The translations under genes were made by a program, and so were the position numbers. Under the pieces are notes generated by a model, which made no database searches, was not told the origin of the DNA, and saw nothing but the letters and a program-made list of their open reading frames with translations. From Octopus vulgaris (taxonomy: Eukaryota), in NCBI GenBank assembly GCA_951406725.2, contig OX597840.1, forward strand, positions 25,048,001 through 25,112,000: a stretch of 64,000 bases of DNA. Direction: 5' to 3'. The first letter of the stretch is position 1. Each line of letters opens with the position of its first letter. Below, piece after piece: positions 1 to 11,970 of the stretch.

Positions 1-54
1 AGGTACGTACATATATGTATGTATATATGCATATGTTCTATTTATTAATTTGTC

Positions 55-113
<59 letters not shown>

Positions 114-262
114 TTATTGAAATGGATAAATGAATTATCTTGTTACGGATTATTCAAAATTTAACCGATACCTGGGTAGCAAAAATCACAACAGAAAAGA
201 CACGGTTGAGGTTACGACCATGGGGTGTCGCAACCGTGCCTTAGCGCGGATAATTGAAGTTT

Positions 263-452
263 TATATATTTAGTGAAGGGAAGAAATGGAGCTGAACGAA
301 GATTCTACAAAATTCCTTTTTATTATTTTCTACACATGTTTCAAAGGCTGCAAATTCCCAAATTCGGATTGAATAAGGAGACCATTTTGCAACTTTCTCT
401 TCAGGAAAATCCAGGAATTTAAATCTCCTTCTTCCCTTCACTAAATATATAT
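263..452 (-). mobile_element. Small Penelope-like element remnant with terminal inverted segment and hammerhead motif
   Basis: 263-291 is an inverted copy of 425-452 (tatatttagtgaagggaagaa / ttcttcccttcactaaatata); minus-strand hammerhead inside; adjacent to (TA)n. Confidence 0.6.
325..410 (-). ncRNA. Type I hammerhead ribozyme motif
   Basis: Minus strand: attttc CTGAAGA g aaagttgcaaa...tttgcagccttt GAAAC atgt GTA gaaaat; stem I attttc/gaaaat, long stem II, GUA cleavage triplet. Confidence 0.75.
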
Positions 453-673
453 ATATAACGTCGCAAGAAATTTGAAAAGCTACACGCGAAACCGGTCTTT
501 CTTTTAAATTATGTCATTATAAGAGAAAAACATTAAAAAAAAAAATTTTCTAATATTCTTCAGACATATTGACGCAAATATATATATTTTTTAACATTTA
601 AGCCTTCTGTAGTTTTTTCACTCTACTATTTTCTATATATTCACCCACGTGCTTTCACAAACCAACTTTCTTA

Positions 674-717
<44 letters not shown>

Positions 718-724
718 AAACAAG

Positions 725-880
725 ATGTGGTAAGTAGCTTGCTAACCAACCACATGTTTCCGGGTTCAGTCCCACTGCGTGGCATGTTGGGCAAGTGTCT
801 TCTGCTATAGCCCCGGGCCGACCAAAGCCTTGTGAGTGGATTTGGTAGACGGAAGCTGAAAGAAGCCTGTGGTATATATG

Positions 881-913
<33 letters not shown>

Positions 914-1132
914 TGTGTGTCTGTGTTTGTTCCCCTAGCATTGCTTGACAACCGATGCTGGTGTGTTTACGTCCCCGTCACCTAGCGGTTCGGCAAAAAG
1001 AGACCGATAGAATAAGTACTGGGCTTACAAAGAATAAGTCCCGGGGTCGAGTTGCTCGACTAAAGGCGGTGCTCCAGCATGGCCGCAGTCAAATGACTGA
1101 AACAAGTAAAAGTAAAGTAAGTAAAGTAAAAG
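725..1132 (+). mobile_element. tRNA-derived SINE family A
   Basis: A/B-box-like head (tgtggtaagtagc...ggttcagtccc), ttgggcaagtgtcttct block, internal (TA)n(TG)n, tail ggcggtgctccagcatggccgcagtcaaatgactgaaac + (aagta/gagta)n; many copies in window. Confidence 0.9.
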
Positions 1133-1152
1133 TATATATAATTTATAAACAC

Positions 1153-1206
<54 letters not shown>

Positions 1207-1439
1207 TTATGTATGTATAATTTTGTCTGTGTTAAAGGAGAGAGAGAGAGAGAGAGAGAATGTGAGTGTAGTATGTACGTATCGTTTAACACTGAGGAAT
1301 GAGAAGATAAAAGGAGGAAGAGGAAGGGTTTGCAATAAAATTTAAAAACACAGCAGGTTGTGGATGCTCCCCCCGCCGCCAGCTCATTCTCGCTCCCTTA
1401 ATGGTTCGTTTTGTATTGTTATCGGTGGTTGTCGTGGTA

Positions 1440-1487
1440 GTACGATCAGCAACAGCAGTAGCGGCGGTAGTAGTAGTAGTAGCAGTC

Positions 1488-1531
<44 letters not shown>

Positions 1532-2118
1532 TTTAGTAGGAAGAGGAGGAGGAGGAGTTGTAGGTGTTGTTTTGTTATCATCATAAGCATCAGCATCAAA
1601 GCCATCATCGTCTTATCGGGATCGCTAATACCACCACCACCACCACCACCACCATCATCATCACCACCACCATCATCATCGTCATCATCATTATCATTAG
1701 CACCGAAACCAGCATCACCACTACGACTATCATCATCATCATCATCATTGTCATCAACACCATCATTAACATGGACGCCATCATCATTATCATCGTCACC
1801 ACCACCATCACCGACAACAACAACACTATCGTCATCAACATCATCATCATTATCACCATCGTCACCACTACCACCACCAACACCACCAACAACAACAACA
1901 CCAACAATACTATCTTCATCATCATCATCATCATCATCATTATTATTATCATCATTGGTGGAACGCAGCTGAACGAATCCGCTCAACCAGGACTGACGAT
2001 AATGCTTTAACAGCGACACCAGCGCCACCACCGCCCCCAACAACAGCAACAACAACAATAACAATAACAACAACAACAACAACAACAACAATAACAATAA
2101 CAACAACAACAACAACAG
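1440..2118. repeat. Compound trinucleotide microsatellite (AGT, CAC, CAT, AAC)
   Basis: Direct reading of the sequence. Confidence 0.9.
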
Positions 2119-2741
2119 TAAGCCGTATTCTGGTCAGGAGGGCGTTCAGGTAATAGATACACAGCCGGGGCAACATATATCATCAGTGGACACCCAGGCA
2201 CAAAAGGGGACCCATTTAAGGGTCAGCTTTGTGGAGAAAAAGAGGACAACGACCTCAATAACAACAACAACATCAAAGCAACTCTTTCTTTTTCTTGACC
2301 GGTGGTGGTGGTGGTCTCGGTTGGGGTGGGGGTGGGTCGCCATTTTGTTTATAGCGCAGCCCCCTTCTGGTAATTGCTACCCCTTAGTTACTCCAGATCT
2401 CCTTCACTAGATTTGACCCCATCAGAGAGAGGGTCACTAAACGACCGTTCTAATGTATGGAGTGAGCAAAAATTATTGTTGCTGTTACTGTTGTTTAGCC
2501 CCGGGTCAGCGCTAACCGGATAAAGGTATGAGGTATCATGACAGGTAAAATGATTGTCGTTGTTGTTGTTGTTGTTCGCCTGCCCCATGTCGGTCGCAAC
2601 GGCGCAGGTTTAGGGTGTACAATGTACCTTTCAGCTTGAATATATTTAATGGGGGTGGAATGTAAAAATATAAAAATAATTATATGGTGAGACGGGTAGA
2701 CAGAGAGTGGGTATGTGATGGACGGATGGAGATAGATAGGC

Positions 2742-2776
<35 letters not shown>

Positions 2777-2781
2777 CAGAC

Positions 2782-2860
<79 letters not shown>

Positions 2861-2861
2861 C

Positions 2862-2900
<39 letters not shown>

Positions 2901-2920
2901 CAGATAGATAGATAGATAGA

Positions 2921-3275
2921 TATGTTTCTTTATTAGCCACACCGGGCTGCACACAGATAGAACAAATTACAAGGTAGAGCTTTTCTTTTGAAGGGTTTGA
3001 AAAAAAAAAAAAAAAAAAAAAAAAAGGGAAGGGGGGAGTTTCGATCAAAAGAGATCGTAAAAGGAGAGAAAGAGGACAAAAAAGGGGGGTTAAAAAAAGG
3101 GGGGTTAAAAAAAAGGGGGGAGGAAAAAATTGATCAATAGGGATCGTTATCACAGAAATGTCAATATGAAGTGTAAAGGGGAGGACAGGTGAGGTTTACC
3201 CGTGGAAAGAAAAGCCTACGGAAAAGACCACGGTAACCTCGGTCAATGAAGTCACATTTTATATTTCTTTTTTTT
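2921..3275 (-). mobile_element. Tx1/L1-like LINE, 3' UTR-only (5'-truncated) copy
   Basis: Nearly identical to 3425-3760 and to the reverse complement of about 15160-15484; GATA array on both sides. Confidence 0.9.
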
Positions 3276-3305
3276 ATAGATAGATAGATAGATAGATAGA
3301 CAGAC

Positions 3306-3356
<51 letters not shown>

Positions 3357-3361
3357 CAGAC

Positions 3362-3420
<59 letters not shown>

Positions 3421-3424
3421 CAGA

Positions 3425-4442
3425 TATGTTTCTTTATTAGCCACACAGGGCTGCACACAGATAGAACAAATTACAAGGTAGAGCTTTTCTTTTGAAGGTT
3501 TAAAAAAAAAAAAAAAAAAAAAAAGGAAGGGGGAGTTTCGATCAAAGGGGATCGTAAAAGGAGAGAAAGAGGACAAAAAAAGGGGGTTAAAAAAAAGGGG
3601 GGAGGAAAAAAAAAAAATTGATCAATAGGGATCGTTATCACAGAAATGTCAATATGAAGTGTAAAGGGGAGGACAGGTGAGGTTTACCCGTGGAAAGAAA
3701 AGCCTACGGAAAAGACCACGGTAACCTCGGTCAATGAAGTCACATTTTATATTTCTTTTTTTTTTTTTTTTTTTTTTTGCAAATAAGCAACTCTCTGTTT
3801 TCGATTTCTGGGTTCATAGGATTATGCTCAAGGTGGCTTCGTCATTCATACGTGCCATTCTTGCTACATTCACCCATCTTTTTTTAAAACATTCGCTAGA
3901 CAAAACTTGCCTCTCTACTCTCACTTTCCTTTTCAAGTGGTACTTGAAGAAGTTGATGAGAGATTGACCAGAGAGGAAAGTGTTTGTCTCCAATCCTTTC
4001 AGACGCGTCCACCAGATACATTCTTTCGCCATAGCCACAAGGATGATGAAAATAGCTCTTCCTTCCCGTTTGAAGGAAGGAGGCGTGACAATATTGACGA
4101 TAGACTCAGCTGATAAACCGACTCGTCCCACACGTGACAGCAGTTGTTCGACATAAGCCCACAGGTCGGAAATTGTTGGGCACTGAACGAGTGCGTGCAG
4201 AACGGTTTCGTCGCTCTGACCGCATCTCGGGCAGGTCGGCCCCGTGTTTCTCGAGCCGTGTCTGTAGAGCTTATCCCGAACGGGTAGCGCTTCTCGGTAG
4301 CACTGCCAGGCCAGGGATCTCTGGAAGTTGTCCATGGGCCCTGGCCCGAAGGTCGTCCTGAACAGCGGGTCAGGTACTCTCGTCGACGTCCAGGCCCGAG
4401 CTCGTCGTCGTACCTCCTCCACTAAACCCCTATAGAATGCTT
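3425..4442 (-). mobile_element. Tx1/L1-like LINE 3' fragment (ORF2 C-terminus + 3' UTR)
   Basis: ORF 3814-4422 has the zf-RVT-type CPRC...ETVLHALVQC zinc knuckle and IWWTR motif; small deletions relative to the 14.4 kb copy. Confidence 0.9.
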
Positions 4443-4474
4443 AGATAGATTGATAGATAGATAGACAGACAGAC

Positions 4475-4533
<59 letters not shown>

Positions 4534-4570
4534 TAGATAGATAGATAGATCGATAGATAGATAGATAGCC

Positions 4571-4606
<36 letters not shown>

Positions 4607-4627
4607 CAGACAGATAGATAGACAGAC

Positions 4628-4714
<87 letters not shown>

Positions 4715-4728
4715 GTGATAGATGGATG

Positions 4729-4779
<51 letters not shown>

Positions 4780-5126
4780 GGATAAATAAATAGAAATAGA
4801 TAGATAGATAGATAGATATATAGATAGAGAGAGAGAGGTGTATAGATAGACAGATTGGTAGATAGATGAATAGCGCGGTTGAGAAATCGATAGATTGGTA
4901 GAAAGGTGGTTAGATTAGCTAAGTAGGTAAGGTAAGTGGATAAGCAGATAGATAGACAGACAGATAGGTAGGTAAATAGGCAAAGCAGATAATTATATAT
5001 ATAGGTCGGTCGTATTTGAACTCAGAAAATAAAGAGCCGGCATGAATACCGTCAACCATTTTGCTGACGCTCCAATGTTCCGTTAACCATTAATCTGCCG
5101 GCTTGTTACTGCCGCTACAACTGCTG

Positions 5127-5601
<475 letters not shown>

Positions 5602-5602
5602 C

Positions 5603-5663
5603 TATTTTACTCTTTTACTTGTTTCAGTCATTTGACTGTGGCCATGCTAGATCACCGCCTTTA
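5603..5663 (-). mobile_element. SINE A 3' tail fragment
   Basis: Reverse complement of aaaggcggtg..agcatggccacagtcaaatgactgaaacaagtaaaagagtaaaa. Confidence 0.8.
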
Positions 5664-6910
5664 GTGTCTCCAACTTCCGCAATAATGGCTCGAGAGCCAG
5701 AACATACAAAAGCGGAGACAGGGGACACCCCTGACGTACTGAGTGCTCGATCCTGAATGGCTTCGAAAGGAAACCATTCGCTTTTACGACGGACTCGATG
5801 TCGCTGTACAACGCAGCAATCCAACCGCGAAAGGTCGAGCCCAGGCCAGCCTTCTCGAGGACCACCGCCAAGTCCCGATGGTTGACCCTATGCCTTAGAC
5901 TGGTCTAAATGTACCAGTGCCCCCACGCGTCACAAAACTTCCTCTCTAAGGAGTAGCGTATAAGGTGGAGATTGTCGTGGATCGTCCTGCCCGGGATAGC
6001 GCACGTTTGCGCTTCCCCGACAAATTTGTCCACGACCTGCGCCAACCTTTTCGCTAGCACCTTGGCCAAAATCTTTAACTCTGTGTTCAGCAGAGTTATG
6101 GGTCTGAAGTTTCCTATCTCGTCCCCCTTGCTCGTGTCCTTCCTGATCAGCGTCACCACACCCGGCTCGCAGACTTGGGAATTCTCCCATTCTGCTGCCA
6201 ATTGGCGTAGACGCTGGCCAGCAGGTGCCCGAACAAGTTTGGCATAGTTTTGTAAAATTCATAAGGCAGACCATCGAGACCCGGCGACTTCTCCCCGGGG
6301 CATTCGCCCAGTACCTCGATTAACTCCTCGGCCGTGATTGGCCCTTCACAGCACTCAGCCTCTCGTGCCGAGAGACGCGGGCCGCCAGACAGGAAGTCCC
6401 TAAGGGCCTCGCCATGATCCAGCGCCCCGCCACTCGCAAACAACTCGGCAAAGTGCTCGTGAATCGCCTCAGACATCTCGTCCCGTCTATCGACCGAACT
6501 CCCATTGTCATCCATGAGAGACCTAATTGTGGCATCATTGCCACGCTGGGTTTCTACCGTACGGGCCCCATCTGGCAACATTAATTCCCTCACCGGCCAA
6601 TGAGCGCACTTTAGCCCGAACTCTGCACTCCTCATGTTTGGCTTTGAGGTGAAGGTCCAAGGCCGTTCTCGCTGCCAAAATGTGAGATGCAGAGCCCAAC
6701 CTCAACGCCTCCTCTAGTTCCTTAACTAGTTGCCCTTCTATTCTGGTTTTATCTAGTCTTAGCTGACGGCTAAACCTAATAGACTCAAAACGAATAGCTC
6801 TCTTCAGGGCGAACCACCATCGGTTATTAACCACCGCGCCGGTTAACACCCTCTGTACTAATTCCTCTATCTGGCGACGGTATGCCTCGCAAGTCAAAAT
6901 AGACATATTC
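5664..6910 (-). pseudogene. Tx1/L1-clade LINE ORF2 fragment (linker + reverse transcriptase N-half), frameshifted
   Basis: KSPGLDGLPYEFYK, NFRPITLLNTELKILAKVLAKRL, QTCAIPGRTIHDNL and VRQGCPLSPLLYVLALEPLLR, spread over several frames. Confidence 0.92.
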
Positions 6911-6934
6911 GTTCGAAATAAATGATACACAATT

Positions 6935-7630
6935 TAATCCCAGAAAAAGGGAAACCTATAATTTTTTAACTTTTTTTTCTCTTAACGAGGACAACAGTTC
7001 AAATCCCACCCCGCTGGGAGTGGGGCGAGACGTAGCAACAAAGCCTACAACGTTCGAAATTAATGTTTTTTTTTTTTTTTGACAATAATAAAATATAGTA
7101 TCCCCCAAAACGGGAAACCTATAATTTTTTTCCCTCACAACGAGGACAACAGTTCAAATCTCGCCCACGCTAGTGGCGGATGCCACAATAGAGCCTACAA
7201 CGGCTAAAATTTAATTTTTCTCGCAATAATAAATTGCTTATCCCCCAAAATGGGAAACCTATAATATTTTTTCCTCACAACGAGGACAACAGTTCAAATC
7301 TCGACCACGCTAGTGGCAGACGCCACAATAGAGCCTACAACGGCTAAAATTTAATTTTTCTCGCAATAATAAATTGCTTATCCCCCAAAACGGGAAACCT
7401 ATAATTTTTTTTTCCTCACAACGAGGCAACAGTTCAAATGTCGCCCACGCTAGTGGCGGATGCCACAATAGAGCCTACAACGGCTAAAACTTAATTTTTC
7501 TCGCAATAATAAATTGCTTATCCCTCAAAACGGGAAACCTATAATTTTTTCCCCCTCTTAATGAGGTTGACAGTTCAAATGCCGCCCCCGCTGGTGGCTT
7601 TATACAACGCCGTATGGCGTTGTATAATGA
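6935..7630 (+). repeat. 140-bp tandem repeat (~4.5 units) ending in a perfect hairpin
   Basis: Unit starts tcccccaaaacgggaaacctata at 7101, 7241, 7381 and 7521, with a divergent unit from about 6935; hairpin ttatacaacgcc-gtat-ggcgttgtataa at about 7600-7627. Confidence 0.85.
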
Positions 7631-7782
7631 GGTCAAGCTTGGTGTAAAGTAATTTCTGGTGCGGTGCAGTATGTTTTATGAGTGTGGTGTGTGGCTATAC
7701 TCCAGTGCGATGTAAGTGCAATGTGAAGAAGTGTGAGTGCAGTGTAAAACATTTTAATGTGGTGTGAAAGAAAGTTGTGAAT

Positions 7783-8535
7783 CTAGTCGAGTTAACGGTT
7801 CCTCGTGAAGATAACATGGATGCCGCTCGGGCTCGAAAGATTGACCGTTATGGAAACATCCTCGAGGGATGTGAAGACGCAAGCTGGAAATCGGAGCATT
7901 TTCCAATCCAAGTCGAACGTAGAGGGTTTGTTGGACACAATGTGAGATGACTGTTAGGCCTAACTCATCGTAAAGTAAATACCACCATGACCGATATCCA
8001 AACTACAGTGGAAAAGGCGGATCTTTTCGGTTTGAACGGCAGTTTTTCTAGCGGTGTCATATGAAATTGTCACCCATAATTATGACCCTAGTATCGATCT
8101 ATTGCATTTCAATCTGTTTTAGGGTTTGGGTTAGGTAGGGTTAGTTTGGGTTAGGGTTAGGGTTAGGGGTGGGGGAAGGGTATCTTTTTTCTTCACAAAT
8201 GTAAATAAACCCAATCTGTTTCTTAAACGAGGGACATATTCACACGGCACAGAATGTTTTCACCTCAATAGACGTCAGTGATTGGTTGAAATTGCAGAAA
8301 TTGAAGAAAAAACAACAAATATCTTACAAACTATAGAATTTTTTCAATAAATCCAAGAGAAAAAGATGTTTTATAAACACATTCTACCAGTATACGAAGT
8401 TTAAAAGTGTTTAGTTACGTGGAAATTATTTGAAAAAACTGCCGGTCGAACCGAAAAGATCCAATACCACCATGGCCGATATCCAAACTACAGTGGAAAA
8501 GGCTAACCACTGGATTTTGTTAAAAAAGCCAATGA
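7783..8535 (+). pseudogene. Restriction-like endonuclease C-terminus of a HERO/NeSL-type non-LTR retrotransposon, interrupted
   Basis: My translation: LVELTVPREDNMDAARARKIDRYGNILEGCEDASWKSEHFPIQVERRGFVG, and after the insertion ...IQTTVEKANHWILLKK; matches the ELTVPWE...RK..KY...GW...P.EVG.RGF pattern. Confidence 0.75.
8019..8462. mobile_element. 444-bp non-autonomous TIR element (MITE-like) with internal telomere-like repeats
   Basis: TIRs ggatcttttcggtttgaacggcagttttt / aaaaactgccggtcgaaccgaaaagatcc; (TTAGGG)-like tract at about 8119-8169. Confidence 0.85.
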
Positions 8536-8764
8536 GCGATGGCTTGAAGAATATTGAGCTTTGTTTGATAAGCAATTGATCTAGCAAGCGGGGCCTCATA
8601 TCAGTGAGGGGGGCCGGTGTGCAATGATGCACACCGTGCGCATTCTCTCAAGATGACCCCATACACTTGCTGGCTTCCGCTATGCGGAGTTCTCGACTGG
8701 TAGCACTTGCATGTGCAAGTTGCTTGCAAAACATCCAGTGAGGTATTTTTTGTAAGGCTGCGAG

Positions 8765-9750
8765 ATGGCAGAACCGTTAACACGTTGGACGAAATACTTA
8801 ACGGTATTTCACTCGTCGTTAGCAAGCTGGGCGAAATGCTTAGCGGTATTTCGTTTGTCTTTACGTTCTGAGTTCAAATTCCGCCGTGGTCGACTTTGCC
8901 TTTCATCCTTTCAGGGTCGATAAATTAAGTACCAGTTACACACTGGGGTCGATGTAATCGACTTAATCCGTTTGTCTGTCCTTGTTTGCCCTCTCTGTGT
9001 TTAGCCCCTTGTGGGTAGTAAAGAAATAGGTATTTCACCCGTCGTTATGTTCTGAGTTCAAATTCCGCCGTGGCCGACTTTGCCTGTCATCCTTTCGGGG
9101 TCGATAAATTAAGTACCAGTTACACACTGGGGTCGATGTAATCGACTTAATCCGTTTGTCTGTCCTTGTTTGCCCTCTCTGTGTTTAGCCCCTTGTGGGT
9201 AGTAAAGAAATAGGTATTTCACCCGTCGTTATGTTCTGAGTTCAAATTCCGCCGTGGCCGACTTTGCCTGTCATCCTTTCGGGGTCGATAAATTAAGTAC
9301 CAGTTACACACTGGGGTCGATGTAATCGACTTAATCCGTTTGTCTGTCCTTGTTTGCCCTCTCTGTGTTTAGCCCCTTGTGGGTAGTAAAGAAATAGGTA
9401 TTTCACCCGTCGTTATGTTCTGAGTTCAAATTCCGCCGTGGCCGACTTTGCCTTTCATCCTTTCGGGGTCGATAAATTAAGTACCAGTTACACACTGGGG
9501 TCGATGTAATCGACTTAATACCTATGTCTGTCCTTGTTTGCCCTCTCTGTGTTTAGCCCCTTGTGGGTAGTAAAGAAATAGGTATTTCACCCGTCGTTAT
9601 GTTCTGAGTTCAAATTCCGCCGTGGCCGACTTTGCCTTTCATCCTTTCAGGGTCGATAAATTAAGTACCAGTTACACACTGGGGTCGATGTAGTTGACTA
9701 CGCCCCTCCTCCCGAAATTGCTGGCCTTGTGGCAAAATTTGAAATCAGTA
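8765..9750 (+). mobile_element. SINE family B with internal 184-bp tandem array (~4.6 units)
   Basis: gttctgagttcaaattccgcc recurs at 8865, 9049, 9233, 9417 and 9601; central gcctttcatcctttcggggtcgataaattaagtaccag block; last unit ends in a different tail. Confidence 0.9.
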
Positions 9751-10028
9751 TAGTGAGCATTAATGTAATTTAGTCTAAGTGTAATGGAAGTGTAGTGACA
9801 GTGTTGTGCAGTGTGATGGTTAGTAAAGTATAGTGTTGTTTCGCAGGCTGTAAGTGTAAGATGAGTGTGGTTTGGCAGTCTTTGAGTACAGTGTGAGTGG
9901 ATGCTAGCGTGGTGTGAGTGTAGTGTGATGGCAGTACAGTATAAATGTAGTGAAAAGCATATTGGCGTTGAGTGTAGCGTGAGTGTAGTGTAATTTGAGT
10001 GCTTTGTAGCGTGAGTGAAGTGTATTGA

Positions 10029-11060
10029 GAGTAAAATTCAAGCTTGAGTTAAGTGCAATTTGAGTGCAGTGTTAGGTGGGGTATTTTGAGTAAAGTGTAC
10101 CTTGAGTTAAGTGCAGTTTGAGTGCAGTGTTACGTGGGGTATTTTGAGTAAAGTCTACCTTGAGTTAAGTGCAATTTAAGTGCAGTGTTATGTGGGTATT
10201 TTGAGTAAAGTCTAGGTTGAATTAAGTGCAGTTTGAGTGCAGTGTTACGTGGGGTATTTTGAGTAAAGTGTACCTTGAGTTAAGTGCAATTTAAGTGCAG
10301 TGTTATGTGGGTATTTTGAGTAAAGTCTAGCTTGAATTAAGTGCAGTTTGAGTGCAGTGTTACGTGGGGTATTTTGAGTAAAGTGTACCTTGAGTTAAGT
10401 GCAGTTTGGGTGCAGTGTTATGTGGGAATTTTGAGTAAAGTCTACCTTGAATTAAGTGCAATTTGAGTGCAGTGTTATGTGGGGTATTTTGAGTAAAATC
10501 TTCCTTGAGTTAAGTGCACTTTGAGTGCAGTGTTACGTGGGGTATTTTGAGTAAAGTCTACCTTGAGTTAAGTGCAGTTTGAGTGCAGTGTTATGTGGGA
10601 ATTTTGAGTAAAGTCTAGCTTGAATTAAGTGCAGTTTGAGTGCAGTGTTACGTGGGGTATTTTGAGTAAAGTCTATCTTGAGTTAAGTGCAGTTTGGGTG
10701 CAGTGTTATGTGGGGTATTTTGAGTCAAGTCTAGCTTGAGTTAAGTGCAGTTTGGGTGCAGTGTTATGTGGGGTATTTTGAGTCAAGTCTAGCTTGAGTT
10801 AAGTGCAGTTTGAGTGCAGTGTTATGTGGGGTATTTTGAGTCAAGTCTTGCTTGAGTTAAGTGCAGTTTGGGTGCAGTGTTATGTGGGGTATTTTGAGTC
10901 AAGTCTAGCTTGAGTTAAGTGCAGTTTGGGTGCAGTGTTATGTGGGTATTTTGAGTAAAGTCTACCTTGAGTTAAGTGCAGTTTGGGTGCAGTGTTACGT
11001 GGGGTATTTTTGAGTCAAGTCTACCTTGAGTTAAGTGCAGTTTGAGTGCAGTGTTATGTG
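10029..11060. repeat. ~58-bp minisatellite, about 17-18 copies
   Basis: Unit gagtaaagtctaccttgagttaagtgcagtttgagtgcagtgttatgtggggtatttt. Confidence 0.92.
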
Positions 11061-11483
11061 GAGTGTATTGAGTGAAATATCGCTGTAATTTTCCGTGCTG
11101 TGGTTTCGTTTAGCGTAAAATCTAATGTATTGTGTGTGTGGTGCGCCAGTCAAGTGTGGAGTGGTAACTACTGTTAGTGGTGTGGTGGTGGTAGTGGTGG
11201 TCTTCAGTGGCAGGGGGTGGAGGCCCCTACCCTAACCCCCTCCTTTCCTCGCCCATCCTATCCTCAGGCAAAGCATCAACTGAGCAGGACTCTCTCCCTT
11301 CCTTTCTACTTGCGTTTCTCCTTTCATTGACTGGAGCTTGTTGCAGTTGTTGTTGTTGTTGTTGTTGCTGTTGGGGTTTCTTACACTGAACGGTTTATTC
11401 ACACACACACACACACATAGATATGCACAGAAGTAACGGAAACAAAACGCCTCCGTTAAAGAAAAAGAAAACTCCCCCAAAAC

Positions 11484-11523
11484 ATCACCACAACCATCAT
11501 CATCATCATCATCGTCATCATCG

Positions 11524-11555
<32 letters not shown>

Positions 11556-11565
11556 GTCATCATCG

Positions 11566-11597
<32 letters not shown>

Positions 11598-11610
11598 GTC
11601 GTCGTCGTCG

Positions 11611-11648
<38 letters not shown>

Positions 11649-11758
11649 GTCATCATCGTCATCATCATCATCATCATCATCATCGTCGTCATCATCATCA
11701 TCATCATCGTCATCATCATCATCATCGTCATCGTCATCATCGTCATCACCATCACCAC

Positions 11759-11792
<34 letters not shown>

Positions 11793-11970
11793 GTCGTCGT
11801 CGTCGTCGTCATCATCATACCTTGATTGTCATCGTCCTTATCGTCATTATCATCATCGTCAACATCACCACCCACGACCACCACCCCCCATTATCATTAC
11901 CGCCGTCATCAACACTGCTGCTATCATCATCATCGTCATCATCATCATCATCATCATCATCATTATCCTC
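11484..11970. repeat. (CAT/CGT)n microsatellite
   Basis: Direct reading; source of the poly-His and poly-Met pseudo-ORFs. Confidence 0.9.

Larger units (their letters stand above)
2730..4815. repeat. (GATA)n/(GACA)n array split into three blocks by LINE insertions
   Basis: GATA tracts at about 2730-2920, 3276-3424 and 4443-4815. Confidence 0.9.

Noticed and set aside
1358-2201. Poly-S/P/L/V ORFs of 100-240 aa
   Set aside because: Translations of trinucleotide microsatellites, open in several frames on both strands
8119-8169. Chromosome end or telomere fusion site
   Set aside because: Short degenerate TTAGGG tract lying inside a TIR element
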